Shown here one piece after another: positions 45,187 through 54,686 of a stretch of DNA of 64,000 bases. Numbering within the stretch: the first letter of the stretch is position 1; each line of letters begins with the position of its first letter. The notes beneath the pieces were generated by a model, which was not told the DNA's origin, ran no database searches, and worked only from the letters and a program-made list of their open reading frames with translations. Position numbers and translations under genes: made by a program. Origin of the DNA: Actinomycetes bacterium (lineage in GTDB: Bacteria; Actinomycetota; Acidimicrobiia; Acidimicrobiales; RAAP-2); NCBI GenBank assembly GCA_021827705.1, contig JAKAUQ010000018.1, positions 21,927-85,926 on the forward strand. The letters are read 5' to 3'.

Positions 45187-46697
45187 CGCAGGCCCGCGCG
45201 CGCGGCCATGTCCTCGGTGGCGACCAGGGTCCGTGCCGCTCGGGCCTCGTCCACCCGCCCCACCGGCGTCGCCAGCGGTGCGGCGTGCACGCGCTCCGGG
45301 TCGTCGTGGGCCCGCGCGACGATGCGCTCGAGGGCCTCGGCCAGCGCCACGAGGGTCTCGGGGCTCTCGGTCTCGGTCGGCTCAATCATCAGGGCCTCGT
45401 CGACGATCAGGGGGAAGTACACCGTGGGCGCGTGGAATCCCTCGTCGAGCAGCGACTTGGCCACGTCCAGCGCGCGCACGCCCGTCGCCTCCTTGAGCGC
45501 GGTCGCGGTGACGACGCACTCGTGCATGCACGGGCGATCGAAGGCCGCCGGCAGGACCGCGGCCAGGCGCCGGCGCAGCCAGTTGGCGTTGAGCACCGCG
45601 TGCTCGGCCACCGCGGCCAGGCCCTCGGCCCCGTGGGTCTCGATGTAGGCCAGAGCCCGGGCCAGGACCAGCGCGTTGCCGTGCCAGCCGTGCACGCGCC
45701 CGATCGAGCGCGCCGGCGCCTCCCAGCCGTAGCCGTCGCCGCGGCGCACCGGGCGCGGACCCGGCAGGAAGTCCACCAGGGACTCGCCCACCGCCACCGG
45801 ACCGGCCCCCGGTCCCCCACCGCCGTGCGGCGTGGCGAAGGTCTTGTGCAGGTTCATGTGCACGATGTCGAAGCCCATGTCACCGGGACGGGCCTGGCCG
45901 AGGATCGCGTTGAGGTTGGCCCCGTCGTAGTACAGCAGGCCGCCCACGCCGTGGACCAGCTCGGCAATGGGCTCGATGTCCTCCTCGAAGAGCCCAACCG
46001 TGTTGGGGTTGGTAAGCATGATCCCGGCCACGTCGTCGCCCAGCCGCGCCGCCAGCGCCTCGAGATCAACCAGGCCCCGCTCGGTGGAGGGGACCGTCGT
46101 CACCTGGTAGCCACTGAGCGTCACTGACGCCGGGTTGGTCCCGTGGGCCGAGTCCGGGATCAGCACGCGGCGGCGCGCGTCGCCGCGTGCACGGTGGTAG
46201 GCGCGCATGAGCAGCAAGCCCGTCAGCTCGCCAGCCGCGCCCGCAGCCGGCTGCAGGGTGGCCGCGGCCATGCCGGTGATCCCACAGAGCCGCTCTTCCA
46301 GGGTAACCAGGAGCTCCAGCCAGCCCTGGGTCAAGGAGGCGTCGGCCGCCGGGTGCACGTGGGCCAGACCCGCCAGGGCGGCCACCTCGTCAGCCATCTT
46401 GGGGTTGTACTTCATGGTGCACGAGCCCAGCGGGTACGCCCCCAGATCCACCGAGTACTGGCGCGCGCTGAGGCGCGTGACGTGCCCGACCAGGTCTCGC
46501 TCGGCCAGGTCCACCGTCACCAGGCGGTCATCGCGACGGTGGGGCGCGGGGATCATGGCCTCGAGGGCGCGCGGCGCGATGCCCGTCTCGCGTAACTGAG
46601 CGGCGCTGCGCCCCGGTGAGGACAGCTCGAACATCGTGGGCTCGCTCTCGCGGCCCACCAGAGGTGCCGAGGCGGCGCGGCCGCCCGCCGCGCTCAC
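45183..46697 (-). CDS. gcvPB: Glycine dehydrogenase (decarboxylating) subunit 2
   Basis: PLGSCTMKYNPK, QPAAGAAGE, SAHGTNPAS, HMNLHKTFATPHGGGGPG (PLP Lys), MIEPTETES. Confidence 0.96.
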   Translation of the reverse strand: MSAAGGRAASAPLVGRESEPTMFELSSPGRSAAQLRETGIAPRALEAMIPAPHRRDDRLVTVDLAERDLVGHVTRLSARQYSVDLGAYPLGSCTMKYNPKMADEVAALAGLAHVHPAADASLTQGWLELLVTLEERLCGITGMAAATLQPAAGAAGELTGLLLMRAYHRARGDARRRVLIPDSAHGTNPASVTLSGYQVTTVPSTERGLVDLEALAARLGDDVAGIMLTNPNTVGLFEEDIEPIAELVHGVGGLLYYDGANLNAILGQARPGDMGFDIVHMNLHKTFATPHGGGGPGAGPVAVGESLVDFLPGPRPVRRGDGYGWEAPARSIGRVHGWHGNALVLARALAYIETHGAEGLAAVAEHAVLNANWLRRRLAAVLPAAFDRPCMHECVVTATALKEATGVRALDVAKSLLDEGFHAPTVYFPLIVDEALMIEPTETESPETLVALAEALERIVARAHDDPERVHAAPLATPVGRVDEARAARTLVATEDMAARAGLR

Positions 46698-48049
46698 GAC
46701 GCCACCGCCTCGCCCAGTGCCGCGACGTAGGCGTCGAGGTCCCGGGCCCGGTGGCGCTCGGTCACGGTCACGATGAGCACGTCATCCCCCTCTCCTCGGG
46801 TGCCGTCCCCCGGATCCAGCGCCCGGGCTGCGACCCCGCCGAGGATGCCCCTTCGCGCCATCGCGGCCAGCACCGGCTCGACCGGGCGCCCCAGGCGCAG
46901 CGCGAACTCGCGCACGAACGGGGCCTCACTGGCGGCTTGCACGCCGGGGATCTGCGTCACCCGCTCGGCCAGCTCGTGGGCGCCGCTCGCGCAGCGCAGC
47001 GCCATCTCGTGCAGACCGTCGGTGCCGAGCCACCCCAGCTGGATCGCCGCGGTCACCGCCATCAACGTCTGGTTCGTGCACACGTTCGACGTCGCGCGCT
47101 CGCGCCGGATGTCCTGCTCGCGTGCGCGCAGGGTCGTGACGAAGGCCCGCCGCCCCGCGGTATCGGCTGTCTCGCCCACGATGCGGCCCGGCAGGCGCCG
47201 CACCAGCTCCTCGCGCACGGCGAACAGCCCGAGGTAGGGACCGCCGAAGGAGAGCGCCGTGCCCAGCGCCTGGCCCTCCCCCACGAACACGTCGGCGCCC
47301 CACGAGCCCGCCGAGCGCACCAAGGCGGCCGCCACCGGATCGCCCGCCACCACCAGCAGCGCGCCGCTCTCGTCGGCCACGGCTCGCGCGATGGCGACAT
47401 CCTCTAGGTAGCCCAGGTAGTTCGGGTAGCCCACCACCACCGCGGCCAGGTCGTCACGGGCCCCCATCGGCCACGCGGTCACCCCGCCAACCAGCGGCAC
47501 CTCCTCGATCTGGTGACCCGTCCCGGCCGCGAAGGTGCGGGCCGCGGCTCGCCAGTGCGGATGGACCCCGCGCGACAACAGGACCCCCTGGCGTCCCGTG
47601 GTGCTGGCAGCCAGGTTCAGGGCCTCGACCAGGGAGGCCGCCCCGTCGTAGAGCGAGGCGTTGGCCACCGGCAGCCCGCTCAGCCGGGCGACCAGTGTCT
47701 GGTACTCGAAGAGGGCCTGGAGGACGCCTTGGGCCACCTCGGGCTGGTAGGGCGTATAGGCCGTCACGAACTCGCTGCGCGAGGCCAGGGCGCGCACCAC
47801 GGGCGGGATGTCGTGGTCGTAGGCCCCCACCCCGGCAAAGCACGTCAGACCCGCCGCGACGTTGCGATCGGCCAGGGCCGCCAGCCCGTCGAGCACGTCG
47901 AGCTCGCTGCGGCCCGCGGGGATCGGCAGGCCTCCCGCCAGGCGGACCGCCGCGGGCAGGTGGGCGAAGAGGTCCTCCAGGCGCTCCAGACCGAGGAAGG
48001 ACAGCATCGCGGCGTCCTGCTCGGCGGTGTGGGGAAGGTAGTTCGGCAC
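46694..48049 (-). CDS. gcvPA: Glycine dehydrogenase (decarboxylating) subunit 1
   Basis: YLPHT, FAGVGAYDH, FVTAYTPYQPEVAQG.LQALFEYQT, NASLYDGA, REQDIRRERATSNVCTNQ. Confidence 0.96.
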   Translation of the reverse strand: MPNYLPHTAEQDAAMLSFLGLERLEDLFAHLPAAVRLAGGLPIPAGRSELDVLDGLAALADRNVAAGLTCFAGVGAYDHDIPPVVRALASRSEFVTAYTPYQPEVAQGVLQALFEYQTLVARLSGLPVANASLYDGAASLVEALNLAASTTGRQGVLLSRGVHPHWRAAARTFAAGTGHQIEEVPLVGGVTAWPMGARDDLAAVVVGYPNYLGYLEDVAIARAVADESGALLVVAGDPVAAALVRSAGSWGADVFVGEGQALGTALSFGGPYLGLFAVREELVRRLPGRIVGETADTAGRRAFVTTLRAREQDIRRERATSNVCTNQTLMAVTAAIQLGWLGTDGLHEMALRCASGAHELAERVTQIPGVQAASEAPFVREFALRLGRPVEPVLAAMARRGILGGVAARALDPGDGTRGEGDDVLIVTVTERHRARDLDAYVAALGEAVAS

Positions 48050-48050
48050 C

Positions 48051-49103
48051 TCAGCGCGCCTTGGTCACGAAGGGCAAGGCCGTCACGACCGCCGGAGCCT
48101 CCCGGTCCCGCAGCCGCACGCGGACCGTGCGGCCCGCGGCGAGGTCCCCGGACAGCAGCCCGAGTCCGATCCCCCGCTCCAGGATGGGGCTGAAGTTCCC
48201 CGAGCACAGCTCGCCGACTTCCTCATCGTCGGCCAGCACCACGGCACCCTCGCGCAGGGGCCGCCGATCCTCGCCGATCAGGCCCGTGAGATTTCGGCGC
48301 ACGCCGCGCTCGCGCTCGGCCTCCACCGCCGCGCGGCCCCGGAAGCTCGGCTTGGACCATCCCAGGACCCAGCCCAGCCCGGCCTCGAGCGTCGTCGACG
48401 TCCGGCTCAGCTCGTGGCCGTACAGCGGCAGGGCAGCCTCCAGGCGCAGCGTGTCGCGCGCCCCCAGGCCCGCCGGCTGGATTCCGGCCTCGACCAGGCG
48501 TTCGAAGATGTCCCCAGCCACCTCGTTCGGGGCGCTGATCTCGATGCCCGGCTCTCCGGTGTAGCCCGTGCCGGCCACGCGCACCTCCACCCCGTGCACG
48601 TCGAAGCGCGCCACCCGGAAGCGCCCAACCTCTCCGAAGCGCGGGTCCACCGTCGCGGCCCGCTCGCGCGCGCGAGGTCCCTGCACCGCGAGCACGCAGC
48701 GCGTCGCGGTCACGTCGACCCCGCTCACCGCCTCCAGGACCCCGGCGGTGTTGGAGGCGTTGGGCATCACGTCGAACTCGTCGGGTGACACCCACCAGAT
48801 GATCAGGTCGTCGACCACGGTCCCCTCGGGCGTCAGCAGGTGCGTGTACTGCGCGCGGCCCGGCTCGATCTTGTCGAGGTCGTTGGTGAAGGCCTCCTGC
48901 AGCTCGGCGTAGGCACCTGGCCCGTCGCAGCGCACGGTGCCCAGGTGGCTGACGTCGAAGACCACGGCGTCACGGCGACAGGCCAGGTGCTCGTGCACCG
49001 TGCCCTCGGCGTAGGACAGAGGCATGAGCCACCCCCCGAAGGGGACAAACTTGGCACCCCGCGCTCGATGGTGATCCTCTAGGAAAGGTCGACGCTCGCT
49101 CAC
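48051..49103 (-). CDS. gcvT: Glycine cleavage system aminomethyltransferase T
   Basis: FVPFGGWLMP..Y, VFDVSHLG, TGYTGEPG.E, GLGARDTLRLEA. Confidence 0.95.
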   Translation of the reverse strand: MSERRPFLEDHHRARGAKFVPFGGWLMPLSYAEGTVHEHLACRRDAVVFDVSHLGTVRCDGPGAYAELQEAFTNDLDKIEPGRAQYTHLLTPEGTVVDDLIIWWVSPDEFDVMPNASNTAGVLEAVSGVDVTATRCVLAVQGPRARERAATVDPRFGEVGRFRVARFDVHGVEVRVAGTGYTGEPGIEISAPNEVAGDIFERLVEAGIQPAGLGARDTLRLEAALPLYGHELSRTSTTLEAGLGWVLGWSKPSFRGRAAVEAERERGVRRNLTGLIGEDRRPLREGAVVLADDEEVGELCSGNFSPILERGIGLGLLSGDLAAGRTVRVRLRDREAPAVVTALPFVTKAR

Positions 49104-49116
49104 GGCGTCACTCTAT

Positions 49117-49506
49117 CTAGGCGGCGATGACGATTCCGGGGTCCATGCCATGGCGCGCCACCAGGGCGCGAAAGTCCCGCTGGTAGACGACGGTCAGGGC
49201 GATCTCGGGGTACAGCTGGCGAAAGGTGCGCACCTTGCGGTTCTTGCGCGTCACGAGCCGCTGATCGGCCACTGTCAGCTCCACGAAGGCCCTCTGGTCC
49301 ACCAGGTAGAAGTCGGGCCGGAACCCGCGCGTGGGCCGCCCACTCTCGTCCCAGGCCAGAGGGAACTCCATGGGCTCGTAGAGCCAGGACACCCCGTAGA
49401 GCGAGAGCAGGTCGGCGAAGAGTCGCTCGCTGGGGTGGGCGAAGCGCAGGTCGACGCGCGGGCGTCCCGCCGGGTGGTGGGCGCCCTCGACCGCGAACCG
49501 GTTCAC
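49117..49506 (-). CDS. Small PD-(D/E)xK-like (restriction-endonuclease fold) protein
   Basis: GTGA overlap with MerR stop; FAHPSERLFA..L..YG..W.YEP, F.PDFYL.....VELT, RKNRK. Confidence 0.6.
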   Translation of the reverse strand: MNRFAVEGAHHPAGRPRVDLRFAHPSERLFADLLSLYGVSWLYEPMEFPLAWDESGRPTRGFRPDFYLVDQRAFVELTVADQRLVTRKNRKVRTFRQLYPEIALTVVYQRDFRALVARHGMDPGIVIAA

Positions 49507-49949
49507 GCCGAGCGTTTCTCCCTCTCCGACTCTGTGGTGTTCGCGAGCGTGCTGGCCAGTGCAGCCACCACCCCTCCCAAGGGCACGATGTTGAAGACGC
49601 CCTGGCCACCGCGCAGCAGGTCGACCAGGTCGCCGTCGGTGCGCGCGAGCACCGAGCCGCGCTCGCTCAGGACCAGGCTCGCCGACTTCAGGTCGGCGCC
49701 CAGCGCATCGCGCAGGCAGGCGACGGCCTGGCGGGCCCGCGTCAGCGACACGCCCGCGTCCAGCAGCGACTTGATGACCTTGACCTCCAGCACGTCCTCG
49801 TAGCTGTAAGAGCGCTTGGTCCCGCTCCCCCGGGCCTCCTGGATCGAGGGCGTGATCAGCCCCGTGCGCGACCAGTAGTCCAACTGTCGGTACGTCACCC
49901 CGGTGAGCCGGCACACGGCCGGTCCGCCGAAGCCCATCGAGCGATCCAT
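49503..49949 (-). CDS. MerR-family HTH regulator (Rv1830-like)
   Basis: GFGGPAVCRLTGVTYRQLDYWSRTGLITPS...GSGTKRSYS..D. Confidence 0.9.
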   Translation of the reverse strand: MDRSMGFGGPAVCRLTGVTYRQLDYWSRTGLITPSIQEARGSGTKRSYSYEDVLEVKVIKSLLDAGVSLTRARQAVACLRDALGADLKSASLVLSERGSVLARTDGDLVDLLRGGQGVFNIVPLGGVVAALASTLANTTESEREKRSA

Positions 49950-49975
49950 CCTGCCTCCCGACTCTGGGCACCTCC

Positions 49976-50005
49976 ATCGTAGCCAGTGAACTACAGCCGT
50001 GTCAT
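49976..50005 (-). promoter_or_regulatory. Candidate merR promoter with 18-bp spacer and dyad
   Basis: Minus strand: ATGACA-18 nt-TACGAT, with GTAG-N8-CTAC running across the spacer into the -10. Confidence 0.35.
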
Positions 50006-50039
50006 TCGGGCCGGTCGCTCTGGGGCCGGTGCGGTCAGG

Positions 50040-50804
50040 TCACAGTGGGGTCACGTAGGCGCTGGAGATGCCCCCGTCGACCAGGAAGGTGGCTCCCGTC
50101 ACGAAGGATGCCTCGTCCGAGGCCAGGAAGAGCGCCGCGTTGGCGATCTCCTCGGGCTCGGCGAAGCGGCCCAGGGGGACGTGGACCAGGCGCCGGGCAG
50201 CCCGCTCGGGGTCCTTGGCGAACAGCTCGCGCAGGAGGGGTGTGTTGACGGGGCCCGGGCACAGAGCGTTCACGCGCACGTGCTGGCGGGCAAACTCCAC
50301 GGCCAGCTCCCGGCTCATCGACAAGACGCCCCCCTTGGAGGCCGAGTAGGAGATCTGCGAGGTGGCCGACCCCACGAGGGCCACAAAGGATGCGGTATTG
50401 ATGACCGACCCACCACCCCGCTCCAGCAGCAGGGGGATGCCGTAGTGGCAGCCCAGGTACACCGAGGTCAGGTTGACGTCCTGGACCCGGCGCCACGCGT
50501 CCAGGCCCGTGGTCAGGATCGAGTCGTCATCGCTCGGGGAGATCCCGGCGTTGTTGAAGAGCACGTCGAGCCCGCCGAAAGCCGTGACGGTGGCCGCGAA
50601 CATGTCGCGCACGCTGGCCTCGTCAGCCACGTCGACTTCCACGAACAGGCCGTCGATGGACGCGGCTAGCTCACGCCCGGTCGCGGCGTCGATGTCGGCG
50701 ACCACCACCGAGGCTCCCTCGTGGGCGAAGCGGATGGCCGCTGCGCGCCCGATGCCGCTGCCCGCACCGGTGATCACGCAGATCTTGTTCTCGAGTCGTC
50801 CCAT
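50040..50804 (-). CDS. Short-chain dehydrogenase of the gamma-glutamylamide pathway
   Basis: TGAGSGIG, NNAG, SATSQISYSASKGG; TAATG overlap with ALDH. Confidence 0.9.
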   Translation of the reverse strand: MGRLENKICVITGAGSGIGRAAAIRFAHEGASVVVADIDAATGRELAASIDGLFVEVDVADEASVRDMFAATVTAFGGLDVLFNNAGISPSDDDSILTTGLDAWRRVQDVNLTSVYLGCHYGIPLLLERGGGSVINTASFVALVGSATSQISYSASKGGVLSMSRELAVEFARQHVRVNALCPGPVNTPLLRELFAKDPERAARRLVHVPLGRFAEPEEIANAALFLASDEASFVTGATFLVDGGISSAYVTPL

Positions 50805-52174
50805 TACTCCTCCGTCGCTATGAAGACGTTCTTCTCTTCGCTGAAGGCCAGCAGGGCATTGGGGCCGAGCTCACGACCCAGGCCGGACTGCTTGAAGCCG
50901 CCAAAGGGCGTCGCGTAGCGCACCGACGCGTTGGAGTTCACCGACAGCGTCCCGGTCTCCACGGCGCGCGCCACGCGCAGGGCCCGACCCACATCCCGGG
51001 TCCACAGCGAGCCCGAGAGGCCGAAGGGGCCCTCGTTGGCCAGGGCCACGGCCTCGGCCTCGTCAGCAAAGGGGACCACCGACACCACCGGCCCGAAGAT
51101 CTCCTCCTGGTAGGCCCGGCTCGCCCGATTCCCGACCAGGACCGTCGGGGCGTACCAGTAGCCTGCGCCACGGGGCCGCGAGCCCACGAAGGCCACGTCG
51201 GCCGAGTCGACGTAGGCGGCCACGGTCTCGCGGTGCGCCCCGCTGATCAGGGGGCCCATCTGGCTGCGCTCGTCGGCCGGATCCAGCACGCGCACTGCCT
51301 TGACGGCGGCCTCGAAGAGCTCCATGAACCGCTCGTAGGCGCGCTGCTCGACCAGGATGCGCGAGCGCGCGCAGCAGTCCTGGCCCGCGTTGTCGAACAC
51401 CGCGTAGGGCGCCTGTGCCGCGGCCCGCTCGATGTCGGCGTCGGCGAACACGATGTTGGCGCTCTTGCCTCCGAGCTCCAAGGTGATCCGCTTCATCTGC
51501 GCGGCACAGCCCGCCATCACCGTGCGCCCCACGGCAGTGGACCCGGTGAAGCAGATCTTGCGCACCGCCTGGTGCGAGACGAGCCGGCCGCCCACCAGCG
51601 CCCCGTCGCCCGTGACAACCTGGAAGACGCCCTCGGGCAGACCCGCCTCCAACGCCAACTCACCCAGGCGCAGGGCCGTCAGCGGCGTCAGGGTGGCGGG
51701 CTTCAGCACGACAGCGTTGCCGGCCGCCAGCGCCGGGGCGAACCCCCACGACGCGATCGGCATCGGAAAGTTCCACGGGGCGATCACCCCGACCACGCCG
51801 AGTGGCTCGTGAAAGGTCACGTCGACGCCGCCAGCCACGGGGATCTGCTGGCCCGTGAAGCGCTCGGGGGCGCCCGCGTAGTACGCCAAGACGTCGCGGA
51901 CGTTGCCCGCCTCCCAGCGCGCGTTGGTGATGGTGTGGCCGGCGTTGGCGACCTCCAACTGCGCCAGCTCCTCGACGTGAGCGTCGACCACCTCGGCGAA
52001 GCGCGAAAGCAGGCGAGACCGGTCCACGGGCGTCACGCGGCGCCACGCCGGCGCCACGTCGGCCGCGCGCGCGATGATCGCGTCGACCTCAGCCAGGGTG
52101 TGCCGAGGAACCGCCCCGATGACCTCCTCGGTTGACGGGTTGATGATGCTATGCGTGTCGCTCATCTCGCTCAC
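50804..52174 (-). CDS. NAD-dependent aldehyde dehydrogenase (gamma-glutamyl-aldehyde type)
   Basis: PWNFP, KPA, FTGST, LELGGKS, AGQDCC (catalytic Cys), EEIFGP, PFGGFKQSG. Confidence 0.93.
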   Translation of the reverse strand: MSEMSDTHSIINPSTEEVIGAVPRHTLAEVDAIIARAADVAPAWRRVTPVDRSRLLSRFAEVVDAHVEELAQLEVANAGHTITNARWEAGNVRDVLAYYAGAPERFTGQQIPVAGGVDVTFHEPLGVVGVIAPWNFPMPIASWGFAPALAAGNAVVLKPATLTPLTALRLGELALEAGLPEGVFQVVTGDGALVGGRLVSHQAVRKICFTGSTAVGRTVMAGCAAQMKRITLELGGKSANIVFADADIERAAAQAPYAVFDNAGQDCCARSRILVEQRAYERFMELFEAAVKAVRVLDPADERSQMGPLISGAHRETVAAYVDSADVAFVGSRPRGAGYWYAPTVLVGNRASRAYQEEIFGPVVSVVPFADEAEAVALANEGPFGLSGSLWTRDVGRALRVARAVETGTLSVNSNASVRYATPFGGFKQSGLGRELGPNALLAFSEEKNVFIATEE

Positions 52175-53538
52175 AGTCTCTCGAATCCGCGCACGCGCTC
52201 CCAGTCGGTGACCGACGCCTGGAACGCCTCGAGCTCCCCGCGGGCGGCGCGCCCGTAGTGGGCCACCACGTCCTGGCCGAAGGCCGCGCGCGCCAGCGCG
52301 GAGCCCTCGAACAGCTCGATCGCCTCACCAAGGGTCGTCGGGACGCGCGCGACGTCGGCCTGGTAGGCGTTGCCGGCGTAGGCCGGAGGCGCACTGAGCC
52401 CCTCGTCGATGCCGGCCAGGCCGGCCGCGACCAGTGCGGCCTCGGCCAGGTAGGGATTGACGTCTCCGCCCGGGATGCGGCACTCCACACGAAACGAGCC
52501 GCCGTGGCCCACCACCCGGAAGGCGCAGGTTCGGTTGTCGAGACCCCAGGCCAGGGCCGTGGGAGCAAACGACCCGGCCACGAAGCGCTTGTAACTGTTG
52601 ACGTTCGGGGCCAGCAGCAGCGACAGCTCGCGGACGTGAGCGATCAGACCGCCCAGGAACGCCGAGAAGATGGGCGACTCGCCGAACGGGCCGTCACCGG
52701 CGAACACCGGCCTTCCCGCCTCGTCGCGCAGTGAGAGGTGGATGTGGCACGAGTTGCCCTCGCGCTCGTTGAACTTGGCCATGAACGTGACACTCAGGCC
52801 CTCTTGGGCAGCGATCTCCTTCACCCCCAGCTTGAAGAGGCCCTGCTCGTCGCACTTGTCGACGAGGTCCGCGTAGCGAAAGGCGATCTCGTGCTGCCCG
52901 AAGTTGCACTCTCCCTTGACCGACTCGACCACCATGCCCGCGCCGCGCATGGCGCGCCGCACGCGGCCCAGGAACGGCTCCACGCGCCCCGTGCCGAGCA
53001 GGGAGTAGTCCACGTTGTACTGGTTGGCCGGCGTCAGGTCGCGGTACCCCCGCGACCACGCGTCCTCGTAGCGATCGGTGAAGACGAGGAACTCCAGCTC
53101 GGTCCCGGTCACGCCGGTCCAGCCGCGCTCGGCCAAGCGCGCCACCTGGCGCTGGAGCACCTGGCGCGGGGAGACGGTCACGTCGGCCCCCGCCGTCGAG
53201 CGCACGTCGCAAAAGACGATCGCCGTGGCGTCGTGCCAGGGCACCAGGCGCGTCGAGTCCCAGTCCGGGACCAGCACCACGTCGCCGTAGCCCTGGTCCC
53301 ACGAGGTCAGGGCGAAGCCGTCGAGCGTTCGCATGTCGACGTCGGAGGCCAGCACGTAGGCGCAGGCCTCGACGCGGTCGTCACCCGACTCTTCCACCAA
53401 GAACCGCGCATCCATGCGCTTGCCCTGCAGGCGTCCTTGCACGTCGGTCACCGCCACCAGAACGGTGTCGATCGTGCCCTCGGCCACGGCCGCCGCCAGG
53501 GACTCGCGCGTCAGCCTCCCGGTTCGCTGATCACCCAC
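52171..53538 (-). CDS. Glutamine synthetase-like gamma-glutamylamide synthetase (GlnA4-like)
   Basis: AAGGAG SD before GTG 53538; DVQGRLQGKR, GTELEF, KGECNFGQHEI, KEIAAQEG...FMAKFNEREGNSCHIHLS, RVECRIPGGDVNPY. Confidence 0.88.
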   Translation of the reverse strand: MGDQRTGRLTRESLAAAVAEGTIDTVLVAVTDVQGRLQGKRMDARFLVEESGDDRVEACAYVLASDVDMRTLDGFALTSWDQGYGDVVLVPDWDSTRLVPWHDATAIVFCDVRSTAGADVTVSPRQVLQRQVARLAERGWTGVTGTELEFLVFTDRYEDAWSRGYRDLTPANQYNVDYSLLGTGRVEPFLGRVRRAMRGAGMVVESVKGECNFGQHEIAFRYADLVDKCDEQGLFKLGVKEIAAQEGLSVTFMAKFNEREGNSCHIHLSLRDEAGRPVFAGDGPFGESPIFSAFLGGLIAHVRELSLLLAPNVNSYKRFVAGSFAPTALAWGLDNRTCAFRVVGHGGSFRVECRIPGGDVNPYLAEAALVAAGLAGIDEGLSAPPAYAGNAYQADVARVPTTLGEAIELFEGSALARAAFGQDVVAHYGRAARGELEAFQASVTDWERVRGFERL

Positions 53539-53597
53539 ACCGGCTCCTTGCTCGTGCTGATCGATCGTACCGGCCCCCGGTACGCCCATCGCGCGGG

Positions 53598-54686
53598 TCA
53601 GTCCTCCTCGACGTCAACGCGCCCATCGCGCGGCGAGACCAGCACGTCACGGGCCACCACCGAGAGCGCCACGCGGTCACCGTGGTTGAGGTCCCGGGCC
53701 ATGTCGCTGCGTACGTCCACGCGGACCTCGGCCGACTCCACGCTCACCGTGACGCGCGTGATGGCCCCGAGGAAGCTCTTGTGCACAACGGAGGCCGGCC
53801 CCGCCGGATCGATGACGATGGCCACGTCCTCGGGCCGCAGCACCGCGTCGACGTCGCGGGCGGTCAGGTCCGCGTTGCGAACCGTCACCTCCTGGCCCCA
53901 CAGACCGACGGTCGCGCCGTCGCGACGTACCGGCACCCGGCTCGACACCCCGACGAAGTGCGCGACGAAGGCACTGGTGGGGCGGGAGTACAGCTCGGCG
54001 GGCGTGGCCGTCTGCTCCCCACGCCCCTCGCGCATCACGCAGACGCGGTCAGCCATGGAGAGAGCCTCTTCCTGGTCGTGGGTCACGAACACGGTCGTGA
54101 TCGCGAGACGCTGCTGGAGCGAGCGGATCTGATCGCGCAGGCCAGTACGCACCTTGGCGTCCAGCGCCGACAGGGGCTCGTCGAGCAGGAGGACGCGCGG
54201 CTCGATCGCCAGGGCCCGGGCCAGAGCGACGCGCTGCTGCTGGCCGCCCGAGAGCTGGTGTGGGTACTTCTCGGCGTGCTCGTGGAGGCCCACCAGCTCG
54301 AGCAGCTCGTGAGCCTTGTCACGGCGCGCCGTCGAGCGCACGCCCCGCATGCGCAACCCGAAGCCGACGTTGTGGAGGGCACTCATGTTGGGAAACAGCG
54401 AGTAGCTCTGGAAGACCATCCCCATGTCGCGATCCTGGGGCGACACGCGCGCCACGTCGTGCCCGTCGACCAGCACCTGGCCGTGGTCGACCAACTCGAA
54501 GCCGGCCAGGGCCCGCAGCGCCGTCGTCTTGCCGCAACCCGAGGGCCCGAGGAGTGCAACGAGCTCACCGGGCTCGACGTCGAGGGAGAACCCGTCGAGG
54601 GCCCGCGTGCGGCCAAAGACGCGCACCAGCTCGCGCAGCTCGACGCGTGCGCCACTGCTCCCACCGTTGGCTTGTGCTTGGCTCAC
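53598..54686 (-). CDS. ABC transporter ATP-binding protein (PotA-like, TOBE domain)
   Basis: [33 protein letters not shown]. Confidence 0.93.
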   Translation of the reverse strand: MSQAQANGGSSGARVELRELVRVFGRTRALDGFSLDVEPGELVALLGPSGCGKTTALRALAGFELVDHGQVLVDGHDVARVSPQDRDMGMVFQSYSLFPNMSALHNVGFGLRMRGVRSTARRDKAHELLELVGLHEHAEKYPHQLSGGQQQRVALARALAIEPRVLLLDEPLSALDAKVRTGLRDQIRSLQQRLAITTVFVTHDQEEALSMADRVCVMREGRGEQTATPAELYSRPTSAFVAHFVGVSSRVPVRRDGATVGLWGQEVTVRNADLTARDVDAVLRPEDVAIVIDPAGPASVVHKSFLGAITRVTVSVESAEVRVDVRSDMARDLNHGDRVALSVVARDVLVSPRDGRVDVEED

